In this document: positions 1 through 13,635 of the stretch, one piece after another
Position numbering within the stretch: the first letter of the stretch is position 1
Layout of the letters: each line of letters opens with the position of its first letter
DNA from: Octopus sinensis
Taxonomy: Eukaryota
Length of the DNA: 64,000 bases
Assembly (NCBI RefSeq): GCF_006345805.1
Contig: NC_043005.1
Location: forward strand, 2,418,001 to 2,482,000
Direction: 5' to 3'
Program-made: the position numbers and the translations under genes
The notes under the pieces: model-generated
Database searches by the model: none
What the model was told of the DNA's origin: nothing
What the model saw: the letters and a program-made list of their open reading frames with translations, nothing else

Positions 1-104
1 TAAATCTTTAAATAAACAGAATAATAACATACATATCAATCCTACGTGTTATATCTTTTGTGTGGGCGATATCACACACCTCAACAGCAACCCCACCGCC
101 CATC

Positions 105-455
105 CTCCATGGCATTATTGTACGACCTTCCAATGTATCATGTTACCGAAACAATTTACAATGTCATCAAGAGTAAAGCCTACCCGGGGGTGATTATGGC
201 GAATACATCTGTTGTTGAATAAATCAACACGTATCAAGTCTAGGAATGTTGGCGGGACATCTCCATTAAAATGTCTACTAATTCTGAACATAAAATATCT
301 GATAGAGTTGTTCAGAGGAGAATGTGTTGGCGGGCAGCTTTCAGGCAAAAGTGAACGGAGCATTTCGTTCCAAATCAAAAAGAACAAAATAACAAATAGA
401 ACATGGACAACTGCTTCGTCATCAAAAGTTTCTCTGCCTTCATTAAACATTCCTA
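105..455 (+). mobile_element. Degraded R4/Dong-like non-LTR retrotransposon fragment (RLE region, subfamily epsilon)
   Basis: Manual plus-strand translation, with stops, gives MALLYDLPMYHVTETIYNVIKSKAYPG...ECWRDISIKMSTNSEHKISD. This resembles the post-zinc-knuckle/RLE segment of the fragment at 900-2310. Confidence 0.5.
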
Positions 456-899
456 ATTCTATCTTTAATTATGTTAATTTAATTCAGTCTTTAATTATGT
501 GTACACTCTGCTACGTTAGTAAATAAAAAACGCAACGATTTTCAGACAAGGAAATTAACCAAGTTAATTGTAAAAATGAAAACGAACAGTAAAAATAATA
601 AGAAATTTATCGCAGGTCAAATTTATGACCCACGTCTTGTTTGTTATCTAAATTTTAGCGACGGAATTTTAGTTGTTTGTTAGAAACCAGCCCGTTTATT
701 GCAGGAACAAGTGAAATGTTTAAAACTCTAAGAATCGTACATAAATCCATAAGAAGGTGTTTGGCCGCGTTTCTCACTCGTTGATCTCACGATCAGAACG
801 TCTTCTTATGCAGCTACTATGGTCGATGGCAGAGACTAACAACAACATGGTCCACAGAGCTGTAGCCAAGAACTGAAGCCACCACTAATAGAACTAATG

Positions 900-2310
900 T
901 TCCAGATTGACCAATAATGCCTTTTTGTCTTATCAATGAACCCGCTGTCAGCCCTTATAAGGAAATACAAAGATTACATGACAAGAGCGACAGATGAAAA
1001 AAAATAATAATTTCACCCACAAGTTTTCCGTTGGTGACCTTAAACTGTACTTGAGACCAAATGACAGCTAGAAATGGCCACAACATCTATATGGATGGAG
1101 CTTGATCATGTTAAGTGTTCATAGTTCGTAGTGAAGGAAGGAAAAATTGTCTAACAGGTAAGGAATGGGGATATCAATGTCTTATCTATCTCCTCTATGA
1201 CCAGCAATAAATGTTACACCCTACAATGCTTTCGCAGTAGCAGTGCTAGCGGCAACACTTGGGATCTCAGTCTGGACAGATGAAGAAATTCACAACTTGG
1301 AGGAGTAAGTTCCACATCAACAATGACAGAAACAGATTCTATGTCAAAGAAAGGGTTCGAAGCAGAGGCAGGAGATCAGTTCGGGCGACCTCCGAGTACC
1401 GCATTGCATCACTTAAACAACGCTTACTAAAGACAGAAGTGAGTACAACACATGTATACTGAGCAGAAGAACTCCTTCATCGTTACTCTGATCGTATTCA
1501 GCTTTTCCATGTGTTTCTGTGGTTGGACTGAATTAATTAAACAGGAACTTGGGAAATAAGTATTCGTTTATATCAGCAGAAAGTTCTGCGTGGGTACATG
1601 TCCCTCAAGCTGGAGAATAAGAACATCATTGACAGGATGTATAGATGCTTCTCGATCTGTGATAGAACCATCACACCTCATCTAGAAGGTTGTCTTTGTT
1701 CTCCAGAACCAGGAGATTAGCAGCTAAATATCTGATCAATAAGTGTGATGATATAGATGTCTCTAAAGCTCCCCATTGTAATAGAAAATATCGATTATGA
1801 CTCACATCAGTAGCAGCTGTCCAAAAATATCCGCAAGATATTACAATTCCAAGGGCCGTAACACTGCCACCAAAACTATCTACAATTCTGTCTACCGTTA
1901 TTATTGACCATAATAACGACAAGCAAGAAATAGCACATATTCACACCTTTACAAATAAAGACAATTAGTAGAACCTTCCAGTAAACGCATCAATCTCGTA
2001 TAAACACTATCGGCAAGATAATGTTCTAGGGGACGCGGTGGGGAGCTAAGCCATGTGCTTTTGTCGAGATCAGTTGGCCAGTGGGTGCTTAAAAAAAATT
2101 GTCTAAAAGAAAAATATCTCTGCTGAAATAAGGAGAAATTTGCAGCCCTTACCTCCAAACTAGACATTTCCATAAAAGGCTGGAAGTAGAAGAATTCTCA
2201 AACGGAGGGTAAAACAAACTCATTTGTATTCTCCAGATATCGCCGATTGGTGATAATAGTGTGAATAGCTATGAAACATTCCAGGGATTCTCCATTTGAG
2301 GTTCCCGGGT
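900..2310 (+). mobile_element. Degraded R4/Dong-like retrotransposon 3' half (RT end, zinc knuckle, RLE remnant; subfamily epsilon)
   Basis: Frameshifted remnants: THKFSVGDLKLY (~1015-1050, decayed DDLKLY motif), YNAFAVAVLAATLGISVWT, FHINNDRNRFYV, HISSSCPKISARYY. Confidence 0.7.
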
Positions 2311-2826
2311 TTAATACATATGCATGATCACACACACATGTACAATACACACGCATACGAATAGCTATTGTGCACACACACACATGTATGAATAAAATAT
2401 AAAGAGACAAGCGTACAGAGACAAAGGGGTGAGACAAAGGAGACATGCATATACACATACATATTTGCACATGTGCGTGTGTGTGTATGTGTATGTATTT
2501 GTGTGTGTGTGTGTGAATGTATGCACGCATGCATGTTTGCTTGTATGCATGTGTGCATTTATGTATGTATTGTGATATATTTTCAGGGGGAAAGTAGGCA
2601 ATAGTTAATAGTGAAATGTGCCTCCTGTGGGTTGTTGGTGACTAGAAGATGAAGAAAGGAAAACTGTGGGAGAAAATAACAGCCAAACCTCGCTGGACTG
2701 ATGAAGTGGTCAGTTGATACCACAGGGGAAATTAGAAAATACTGTCTTGAAAAAGCTGATTAATGCAGTTATTGATCTTGCCTAAAATCATGTTTGTTTG
2801 AATGGGGTCAATGAGAGAGAGAGAGA

Positions 2827-2891
<65 letters not shown>

Positions 2892-3019
2892 CGAGGGAGA
2901 TACAGTAGGGCAGAAACATGGAGACAGAAGAAGAAAGGAAAGAATGAACCACAGTAGAAATATCACATACCGTTTACGTTTAGCAAACACTGAATAATAA
3001 ATAGGCGTTAATCACTTAC

Positions 3020-3112
3020 TGTGACCTCATCTTGTCTTGCTTCAACAGACTGAAAGGTTGATACACAGGCCAAAATGGCGGCAATGATCATTACGACGAG
3101 AAACTTCTGCAT
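3020..3112 (-). CDS. First coding exon of an unidentified secreted protein or peptide precursor (MQKFLVVMIIAAILACVSTFQSVEARQDEVT)
   Basis: Exon 3120-3020 has a pyrimidine-rich acceptor (tatatttcag) and a consensus GTAAGT donor (3019-3014, phase 0). ATG is at 3112. The 31 codons form a signal-peptide-like sequence: basic N-terminus, hydrophobic core, V-E-A cleavage motif. No downstream exon found in the window. Confidence 0.6.
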
Positions 3113-3805
3113 AATGGAGTCTGAAATATAAAAGGAAATTATGGAGGACATAAGCACACACTCATATTATAGATACATCCGTCAATATATATATATTAAT
3201 AATCGGAAGGGCTTACATTGTGACTGAAGGGCCAGTTGTTGGCACTCATCAAACTGGTTTCAAAACAAGGTGGGGTAATACCGGTAATAATGATATTTTC
3301 CTGGATTGTTCCAGAACAAATAATAAAAACAATTACCAAGTCACTTGGATAATGCATAATTTTCAAATGTTTTGTTTAATACGTTGTTCAATAAATAAAT
3401 AAACAAATAAAGGAATATTTCAATGATTTGTATTACTCATAAAAATAGAATAATATCAATACAAAAGAAGATATATATATAAATGAACGCAAATATACAC
3501 ATATATAAATACACTTATATATATATACATATATTTATACACAGAATTCAGTATGTACAACCGTTAATCCAGGCAAGTTTTTTTGTTTGTGTGTGTGTCT
3601 CTTTTGTTTTCCTCCCTCCATTTTTTTCTCTCCTCCTTTGTTTCTGTATAAGGGCGTTGGCTCGAAACGTCAAAGACGTCTTCCTAAGTGTCAAACTAAT
3701 ACACTTTTTCCTGTTCCCTCACCTGTCTCTGTAGAGTTTCGAACTACATACACATATACACTACTCATACATGTGTCCACATACACAAACAGATGTGTGT
3801 GCAGA

Positions 3806-3864
<59 letters not shown>

Positions 3865-4589
3865 TTACATACAGACACATACACACAGATATACAAGTAT
3901 CAACATTAACATTACACGAAGAGGGGCAAAATGAATAAATAAAAAAATAAATAGAGCGACAGAAGCCTTATTTAATACCAAAAGGTAGAATATTTGCGTT
4001 AAAAAACAAAAGCACTGAAATATTTACCAAGAGAGAAATCCCTCGCGTGGCTAAGTGGTGCATAAAAGCACATCATCACTATCGTCAGCGGCAGACAATC
4101 AGTGCTACTTCCACTGCTCAGACAATCATATCATGTGACTTCGACCTGATTTGGCCTTTTCAATGATAGACACCAAGCGGCTGGAAAAAAATCACGTGAT
4201 GTGTTTTCGGAGTGGCAGAAGTAGAGGTGATGGTCTACCGCTGGTAATAGCTATGGTGTGCTTTTATGCACCGAAAAACCACATGAGATTTTTCTTTCTT
4301 GGTAAATATTGCTGTATTTGTGTGTCTTCGAATACAACTTCCACTTTTAAACGGTGAATATTTTACCTTTGGGTATGTAAAATGAAAACATTAAAGAAAT
4401 ATAGATATACGTATGTCCATGCAGGGACAAGCACACAAGTATAGCGTGGTGCGTCGTTTTTGATTGTGGTGGAGGGAGGGAGTGAAATAGTGGCTGTTAT
4501 CCACACACAAATACATAAATACATACACACACACACACACACACACACACCCAAGTATATAAGAAAGCAGTGAAAAGACCAGAGGTGTA

Positions 4590-5660
4590 CAAGAAACAGC
4601 AGGAGATTGTTGGAGTAATCTGTCAAAGACGACCAAGACTTAGCAACTACAACGCCAAGAAGTGAAAAATATTGATAGCAGGAGCAAGAGGGAGCTCATA
4701 GTGCAAAGGATCCTTGAATCAACAGAGACGGATCGGTGGGTGATGGCCTTAGGGCTTGCCCACCAAGGGCAATAGATATAGAGGGACCAGGTACTGCCCT
4801 GGGTTTCTAGAAAGAACTCTGAAGCACTGACCGTGGAAGGTTGTCCTTCCTCTTTTGTTCTTTCGCTGACCTCTTGTCAACTCCGAATAACCTTAAAATA
4901 TGGGGCAAAGAAGTAGATCCTGCAGTGCGGAACAATTCTTTGCAGTCTGAACCCCATTTTGACCGGATTTCTTAAGGCTCAGGGAGAAAACCGACACAAG
5001 TGAAGACATGACAAAGACTTTGTAGATATTGCCAAATGGAATCATCTGCAAACGGTGAAGGCTAATAAACAGCAGCCGTCACCAAAAGGTATCAAATTCC
5101 TAAAGAAAGGCAACAAAGCCCCAAAGTGGAAGCAAAGGCAGGGCATCCGTTTTATATTTGTGTTCAGGGTCTGAGGTGCAGACTTGTCTTCCCAGAGGAG
5201 ACAGCAGTAACATTACTCCGACCGAACATGTTCCTTCTATTCGGAAATACAAAAACAATCAATCATCATGATTGAACTTACAGTGCCCAGGGAGGACAAG
5301 CCCGAAGTTTTCCACCAGCGAAATTATACCAAATATGAGGAGTTGGTCGATGAGGCCTTTGACAAAGCTTGGCACACGGTCTCTTTCCCAACTGAAGTCG
5401 CTTTCCAGCTGCATTGGTGCGTTATTTCGTGCAGAAGATAGGTGTGGAACCCAGGCAACTGAAGAAAGCCACTAAGGAGACATGTACAGCAGCTGAAACA
5501 AGCTCAAGATTGCAATGGTTGATAAGATGCTGCAAGTGGAAGCCTTCCGTGGGCGAAAACTAGTTCAGTACTCGCTGCCCGACTTAGGTGAAGTGCACAG
5601 GCTAAGGTGGGAAACGCTTGTGTACCTGAGGTACCTACTGATGATACAGAATGCTTTCCG
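4590..5660 (+). mobile_element. HERO-like (R2-group) non-LTR retrotransposon 3' fragment with RLE
   Basis: Translation gives L.FPEETAVTLLRPNMFL and IMIELTVPREDKPEVFHQRNYTKYEELVDEAFDKAWHTVSFPTEV, matching the HERO-type RPD...ELTVPWE...KY..L...GW....PVEVG RLE pattern. Decayed zinc knuckle near 4920-4970. Confidence 0.7.
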
Positions 5661-6201
5661 ACATTATGATGAATTGCGATGCATTTAGAAGAAACTTGCG
5701 ATGCTTCTGAGAAACTCCAGCAGTTTTTGCTGGGTTAAAGCATCCCTGACGTTTATTTCATCGTTACACACACACCTACACACACACACACACACATATG
5801 AATACATACATACACAAACAACGCACATGTATATATGAAGTATACACATATCATTATGCCCATAAAACCTGCATCTACACATGCATAAGTATACACACAA
5901 ACACACACGTATAAAATACACATTATCAACCTGACGTTGCAATGTTTTATCAAAATGTGTCCGAGAAGACCAGGGAAATGCCATTGTCACCGGTTTATAA
6001 ATACGATCCCGTTGATTTGAAGCCAATTTGATTAGGGCCAACGCACGAACGTCTCGGCCTTTGAGTCTGCCGATTATTAATATGAAATAATATTATAAAT
6101 ATAGAGAGACCCATGCTTTGAGTTATTTTTCTGTTTACATCAATTACATACATACATATACATACATACATACATACATACATACACACACACATACATA
6201 T

Positions 6202-6253
<52 letters not shown>

Positions 6254-6294
6254 ATATATAATATATATATATATATATGTATGTATATATGCGA

Positions 6295-6442
6295 CACGCT
6301 TCTTTCGATTTCCGTCTACCAAATCCACTCACAAAGCTTTGGTCGGCCCGAAGCTATAGTAGAAGACACTTACCCAAGGTGCCACGCAGTGGGACTGAAC
6401 CTGGAACCATGTGGTTGATAAGCAAGCTACTTACCACCCAGC
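6295..6442 (-). mobile_element. tRNA-derived SINE, family A, 5' part
   Basis: Reverse complement reads ggctgggtggtaagtagc...GGTTCAGTCCCactgcgtggcaccttggg...gaaagaag then (TA)n. Same head as copies at 25005, 33585, 58800 and 63740. Confidence 0.85.
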
Positions 6443-7644
6443 CTCTCCTGCGCCTATAAAACTAATTCTTGTTTCTCCTCTTTCAGCCATTTATTTATTT
6501 ATGTTGTTGTTGCTCCTGCTGTTATTTTTATTATTGCGTTTATACAGAACATTAGGTTGTGAGGTGGATTGGTAGGCGGTCCAAGAAAAAAGTCCGAGAC
6601 TAATTTGTTGTAGTTTTGTAGGTAGTTTAGGAGCAATAAATGGGGCAGCAGATTTTGATATCTAGAGAGGAGTTGTTTTGCTGCTTTGGATACAAAGGGA
6701 GTCTCGTTGCGTGACATTACATCACCTCTGTTATTATCGGTATCAATTGAAAACCAGGATGTATTGAATATTGAATGCGTCGATGTTTCTCCCAATGAGG
6801 ATGTGATACTATTTGTGACAGAGTTCACGTACTGTAGCTGAGGTATAATGTCACTAACGGCAGAATGGTACACATATTTTGAGGGTAGTTTTCTAGCAAG
6901 ATATAGGGCAGCAGATTTTGATACCTAGAGAGGAGTTCATGTAGTTTTGGTGGCTGGGTTTGCTTTCTTTTGGTCTATGCATTCGTGTGTGTGTTTGTGT
7001 GTTAGCTTAAGTTGTTTTGGACGTAAAGGGAATCTAGTTGCGATGATATGACATCACGTGTATGTATGTATGTATGTATGAATGTATGTATGTATGTATG
7101 AATGTATGATGTATGTATGAATGTATGAATGTATGTATGTATGTATGTATGTATGTATGTATGAATGTATGTATGTATGTATGTATGTATGTATGTATGT
7201 ATGTATGTATGTATGTATGTATCGCGGGTAACTTTGGAAGAATACTTCTTTTTGTTTTGTTTTGTTTTTACCGTTGATATCATCAGGAAATATGGTCTGC
7301 ATACAATAATTATATTTTAACTTTTATATGAAATTTCTTGGAGCTTAAGTAAAATGATGAAATGAATAATCATTTTCAGAAAAAAAGATATTTATGATCT
7401 TAAAATAAAATTAGATTAAATAAACTCTTGCCTTAATTACGCAATAACTCTCTGTCCTGTGTCTTCTGCCACCAAGCCTGCTATGTGCACTCATCAAAGA
7501 GTTTTAACTCTCCCCCCTCTCTCTCTCTCTATCTATCTATCTATCTCTCTTTTACTCTCTGTCACCCTCCCTTTCTAAATGATAAAGAAAACGTGACTGA
7601 AGAAATCAACCAACCAATACTTAAATCTTCAATTCGAGGTAGAA

Positions 7645-7850
7645 ATGCGGCGAGCTGGCAGAATGGTTAGCACCGTGGATAGCAATGCTTCTGTCACTCT
7701 TTACGTTTGAGTTCAAATTCCGCCGGGGCCAACTTTCTTTTTCATCTTTGTGAGTTCAATTAAATTAAGTACCAATCACGTACTAGAATCCATGTAATCG
7801 AACGGCCCACTTCGAACTTCCAGGCCTTTTACCTAGAAAGGATTATATAA
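7645..7850 (+). mobile_element. tRNA-derived SINE, family B
   Basis: gcggcgagctggcagaatggttagcac...GAGTTCAAATTCcgcc...aattaagtacc; homologous to 34851-35090. Confidence 0.8.
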
Positions 7851-8029
7851 AGACAGGGTTTTTATGTAATTACACCTGAGCCCCTATGTATAAACATAGC
7901 TAATAAAAACATTCATAATGTTCTTTGTCCTGTAGTTTGCTTTGGCCACTACAGCCAGGCCATACTGGAGCACGCAAGTGTATAAAAAAAAACGTTTTTT
8001 GAAATGATCAAGACTAGATTGAGTATTGT

Positions 8030-8225
8030 TAGAGGTTAGCAGGCCGGAGGAAAAGCTTAGCGGTATCTCGCCCGTCTCTACATTCTGAGTTCAAATTCCG
8101 CCGAGGTTGACTTTACTTTTCATCCTTTCGGGCTCGATAAATTAAGTACCAGTTGCATACTGGTGTCGATCAAATCGACTGGCCTCTTTACCAAAAATTT
8201 CTGGCCTTGTACCTAGAGTAGAAAA
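8030..8225 (+). mobile_element. tRNA-derived SINE, family B
   Basis: ...gcttagcggtatctcg...ctgagttcaaattccgccgaggttgactttac...aaattaagtaccagttgcatactgg. Confidence 0.8.
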
Positions 8226-8644
8226 AATTATTATTAGAAGACCCTTGTTTAATGTGACATGCAGTCGGTTCGAACCAGAAACTGCAAATTGTGAAGGAAT
8301 CATCATAAATACAGTGCTTCTGCATATTGTATCTGATTATTCTGCACTCACAGAATCGGTTTGGTCTGAATTTGTCCTGAGTGTCATCGAGTAGAGGTAA
8401 AATCTCGCTTCGATGAATACACGACTCACCTGCCATATTCAATAGCAACAATTCTAAATAACCAAAACCTCTGAGAAATCCACTTCATTCGCTCCACTCT
8501 GTAAACCTGGATTTACAACTCATTTAATTGAAGAATGTGCGTCGATCAAGTTTAAGGAATACAAACCATTTCTATTTATAGAAATACAAGCGATAACAAC
8601 AATGAACTCCGTCAGTGGCATTTATTTTCACTATAGTAACACTT

Positions 8645-8938
8645 GGAAGCGCAATGGCCCAGTGGTTAGGGCAGCGGACTCGCGGTCGTAGGGTCGCGGT
8701 TTCGATTCCCAGACCGGGCGTTGTGAGTGTTTATTGAGCGAAAACACCTAAAACTCCACGAGGCTCCGGCAGGGGGTGGTGGCGATCCCTGCTGTACTCT
8801 TTCGCCACAACTTTCTCTCACTCTTTCTTCTGTTGGCCTGCTCGCTTAGCCAGCGGGGTGGCGTCATTTGAAGGCTAAAACAATGCGAAGCGCATTGTGA
8901 CCAGCGATGTGTAACAGTGATCACGGTGATAATAACAA
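8645..8938 (+). mobile_element. tRNA-derived SINE, family D
   Basis: A box TGGCCCAGTGG and B-box-like GTTTCGATTCC in a tRNA-like head, followed by a ~220-bp unrelated body. Confidence 0.7.
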
Positions 8939-11304
8939 TTCTAAGGTGCTGGTGTTATTTCGTCGCCCATTGTAGCTAAACCTGTTACTTAAGGAGTTCC
9001 CTTGGAGCAAAAAAATACTTTGAGTAATATTGGAAACTATAACTAGGGCAGAAATTTTTCGCCGGGATTATAATGCCTCGTTGGATTCGTTCTGCGAAAT
9101 ATAAAACGGGTATTAGGGTGATGGGGTGACCGGATGTTTTGTGGAGTTTTAGTTTTCCTCAGAAATATAATAGTTAAATAACGTACTATATTCATATTTA
9201 AAATTTATGCTTAAAAAAATAAATTTTTTATCAGGTTGATATATGAGTGAGAACTTCAGAACCATCGCAATTGATGTAGCAAGGTCCAATATAATTTCAT
9301 TATAAAAGTTCACAGCTTCTTAAGTAATTTCACAAACAGGGCACTAACCCACACAAACGTCTGGATGTGTGTAAGAGGACATTGTGTTGTGAGTGGAAAA
9401 CATGACTTTGCTGGTGCAGCAAGGTGCAATATAATCTCATAAAAGAAGTCCTCGCCTTCTTAAGTAATCTCTGTAAACATCTAGCAGAAGAAGCACCATT
9501 CCACACAAATATCTAAAAAGGTTTTTATGCTGGATGGGAATAGTTTAAGAATAATTGGATAATCAAACCACTTTTCCAAATAGATTTCTGTTTAATTAAA
9601 ATAATTTTTTTGTTTCGCTTCCAAAACATGTGAAAGGGCCGATTGTAAGAGGCCTTTTGTTGAAAGGAGCGGGAAACTTTGGGAACTTGTTATAAAGGGT
9701 GGAGACGTGATGGTCACGGTTTCGATCATTGGTAGAGCCAAAGTTGATATCGGAATAAACAACTAAAGATTTTAATACAAATGTACGTATATGAAATACA
9801 TATGTACATATATGAGGGAGTGAGAAAAGGGAGGGAGAGAAGGGGGAGAAAGAGAGAGAGAGCTAATGTGAGTGAGTGTGTGTGTGTGTGTGTGTGAGTG
9901 TGTGTGTGTGTAATTGTGACTACGTGCATACGTCTGTTCAGTTTCCTATTCAGTGTTAATAGCACTGTAAGTGCAATAACTTCAGTCCAGGCGCGGGGAA
10001 AAAACCTTACTTATCTCCCTTGGTAGTCGTCTCCTAACGTCACCAATTCCACCTCAAGAATTCCTCTTATCATCAACGATGCCAATATTGTCAAATATGT
10101 CAGAGTCAAAACGACTAATTATAAATTAATTAATATTTATTTCGTCAATTATGGGGTCAGTCACAGTTAAAACAGAGCAGTAAAAGTTGAATAGAGAAAC
10201 AGATCAAATAAGAGGCAAATAAGAAGTGTCTGGTGTTCTTCCGCTTGTTTTCTGGTTCATCTCATTTCTTGAAAATCCGATTTTAGTTTATAAGACACAA
10301 ATTCAAACTTACTCTTAAAAAATAAATTGTGAGCAAAAATTAGGATGAGAAATATTTCCCGATCGTATCTTAGCAGCACTAAACAAAAAAAAAAAAGAGA
10401 GGATTTTAGTCGGGGGGGGGGGTATTTAAAGAGGAATTTGAAGGTGGAATGTGAGAATAAGCATTAAAAATATTCAAATCACAATTGCAGCCGTTGTGCT
10501 TTGTAGAATAAACGTAGCAAAGCATTAATAAAAGAGGTATCTTTATATTTAGGCCTCAATTATTTTGTTCATTGTGTTCGTTTGAAAAACATTTTGCTTT
10601 AAAAAAGAAACCAATTCAATTCAGATTTACAGTTCAATCGTAGTTTATCGATCGCTCAGAAGAAATATGAATAAGAAGGATTCATTCGTGAATGATAGTC
10701 CAAGGGAGATAATTAGATTTAATACGAACTATTTTGAGAGTTATTTCCCTTATGCAGGCTGTAAATTCCGCTTTTCTTCATTTTTTAAAAATATTTTTAT
10801 ATCATATTTTCATAATTTTCATCCATTTTTTTTTGTTTTAACTTCCTTATCCTTTTATATTTTACATATATTTAAGATATCAACTTTTTCTGAGTTTTCG
10901 CATCTTCACTAATTCATTTTCATTTACATCCTGCCCACATTTGGTAAGTCCTTGTATCGAAATGTCGTTTCTCTCATCAACGATCGTGACCCGTTGAGAT
11001 TAACGGTTTTAAAAGCAACTTTGAGAGGAATACTTTCGCCATAAATGATAGAAATGATTTGTGGAAACAAAGGGAAAAGCAACATTATAAGGCACAAAAA
11101 GAAACTGACTCTCCCGGACACAACAGAATTTCTCTTCTGGAATCCTGGAATGGCTTTCAAAATCGTGCACCAGAAAAAGGGCTGCGCATTTATTCGATCA
11201 TATCACCAACTCCTAAACTCCTAAACTAAGCATCCACCCAAACACACACTCGTATACACGCGTGCGCGCGTGTGTGTACACAGGTGTACTTATAAAGGAG
11301 AGCG

Positions 11305-11510
11305 TGGGAAATCGTTAGGACGCCGGACAAAGTGTTTAACGGCATTTCTTTCGGATTTATGTTCGGAGTTCAAAATTCCGCCGCGTCGAATTTCTTTTTG
11401 ATCCTGTCAGGATCGATTAAATAAGTACCAGTTATGCACTGGGATCGATGCAATCCACTAGCCCCCAACTTACCCCCGACCTTACAATAGTTGGCCAGTA
11501 GAAAGGATTA
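11305..11510 (+). mobile_element. tRNA-derived SINE, family B
   Basis: gaaatcgttaggacgccggac...ggagttcaaaattccgccgcgtcg...taaataagtaccagttatgcactggg. Confidence 0.75.
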
Positions 11511-13506
11511 CATAAATATTTATACATACAAATACATGCGCGCGCCCGTGTGTATATGTGTGTATATATTTACGTATGTATGTATGCTTGTATATACGTC
11601 TGTATGTGTCTACGTCCGACACCTCCGTACGCACGTATGCATATCACGATTCACAGTTCCCACGGTCAAATCCTACTCGAACAAAAGAAGCAAAGTTTTC
11701 GTGTTTAAAGATTCAGGACGCAGAGATGTTGTGATTGGCGGAAATTGTTTTTCTTTGGACAACAAACAAGTAACGAGATCCAACTGTGAATGAAATAACA
11801 CGGGTCTTGGGATATTACCTGCCCAACATTCGAAACGATATCCCAAAATTGGAAGTAGTAAAGGAGAAGGTAAGACGAGACCCGCTGCGATGTTGAAATC
11901 TGGGCTTTTTTCAGAATTCCAGTCAGGCCTTCCCTCACAACAGTCAAAGAAATAAATATGTGAAGTCAATGAAGAAGAAGAAAAAACTTGTTTATCGCAC
12001 GAGTGAAATTGCATTGAAGACAGGAGAAAGAGTTAGCTAAATACGAAGATTAATTAATAATTAACAAATACGGAGATTAATTAAACTAATAATAAACATT
12101 AATCTTTTCCGATTAACAATGATGCGTTGTTTATCCTCAGTTTTCGTAAGTGAATGAGGGACAAATCTCGCGGATTAACAGCGATTTGGTTTAAGCCGTT
12201 AGAACGGAAGATAAAATTGCCTGCGATATTTGCTTGAGTCTCTGCGTTCGAATCGCCTCGAAGCCAACTTCGCTTTTGGCCTCTTCGAGATGGTTGTGAG
12301 CTCCATTGAGTAAAAATGTCAGGCACGAGTGTGCCGAGATGACATAGCCGTTTCAATTCCTGTTTAAAGTTAATTAGCTTCAACAAACATCGCTATTGTC
12401 TTTGAGAAAAAATCTAAATGTTATTTTCCCATCTCTAATAAACTTGAGCGATAGTTTGAGCGAGAGGAGAGAAAATTATTAGAATATTTAATGCAAACAA
12501 TGACGAGAGATGAATATCAATAAAACTGACTTCATTTGTCTCCCGGTTCAATCTCTTGACTTGGTCAATGCACATCGTTAATGGAATCCACTCTGTTGCA
12601 AGACTGGAACCAGGTCTTTGGTTTAAGAATATCTTCTTCCATTTTTTTTTACATCTTGAAATTACTGAAAGAACGCTAACGGTGCAGCCGACCCTTATTT
12701 GACGAAACCCCTCTTCCCGTCTTCTTCTCCTTCTTCTTTTTCTTCTTCTTCTTCCTTCCTCTTCTTTTTTCTTCATGATTTTCTTCATTTTTAAAAAAAA
12801 GTCATGTTTTGGGTTCATAAAAAAAGCAATTCTTCAAAAATTAAAGAAATCATTTTCTTTCTAATTGTGAATTGAGAGAATCGGTGGAGCGCCGGAGAGT
12901 ATTCATGTGTTGAGGTATTTTAAAATGAATTGAATTCACCAATTCTTATGATCAACCTTCAGGATAGAAAGGGATCGATGGAAATATCGTTCATCAGTAA
13001 AATCAAAGTGAAAGAGAATAGGGTGGCGGGTGGGTAGAGTGGTGGGTGGGTGGGTGTTTCGGTTTAGGAAGAAGGTCGTTGCTTCTCCTCTTGTTTCGGT
13101 CCCAAACAAAAGAAATAGGATTCAATACCTGCAATTTGGGTTTATTTACCTGTAAACACTGGACGACTGACTTCAAAGTCGCTCAGAAAGTCTTTCTTTG
13201 ATGATGAAAAGATTAATTAAGATTATCAGTCACCACTGATTAGATGTGGTGTGGGGGTGGGAAGGGAGCGGCAGGTCAAAGAATTGATCCGACGTTGTCT
13301 TGGTGTGTCGTAAAAAGCGATTAAAAGAGCTTGAGGTAAAAAAAAAAGCCCTCGTAAAACCCTCTCCAGTAATGACCACCCAAACAGACCCATGGGTTGG
13401 AGGGTTGTCGCCTGAGTGGCGCAAAGGCGTCTCGGCCAGGAGCAGATGGGGAATCACCAACACACATGGTGGATGCAGCAATGCGCTGTTACAGTGTATT
13501 CCCTCA

Positions 13507-13635
<129 letters not shown>

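Noticed and set aside
115-450. 111-aa minus-strand ORF as the next exon of the signal-peptide gene
   Set aside because: The plus strand here is an R4-like RLE remnant. The only decent acceptor (283) is phase 2, incompatible with the phase-0 donor at 3019.
2698-2735. CTGATGA-gtggt/accac hairpin-GGAAA
   Set aside because: Extra bases before GAAA, and no stem III or stem I.
10924-11160. 78-aa minus-strand ORF with an IPT-like F.Y..LP ending
   Set aside because: No usable acceptor AG before the putative domain segment, and the resemblance is too short.
12127-12151. Apparent 5-nt microexon (tttatcctcag TTTTC gtaagt)
   Set aside because: Not frame-preserving and no flanking plus-strand exons identified; chance occurrence is plausible.
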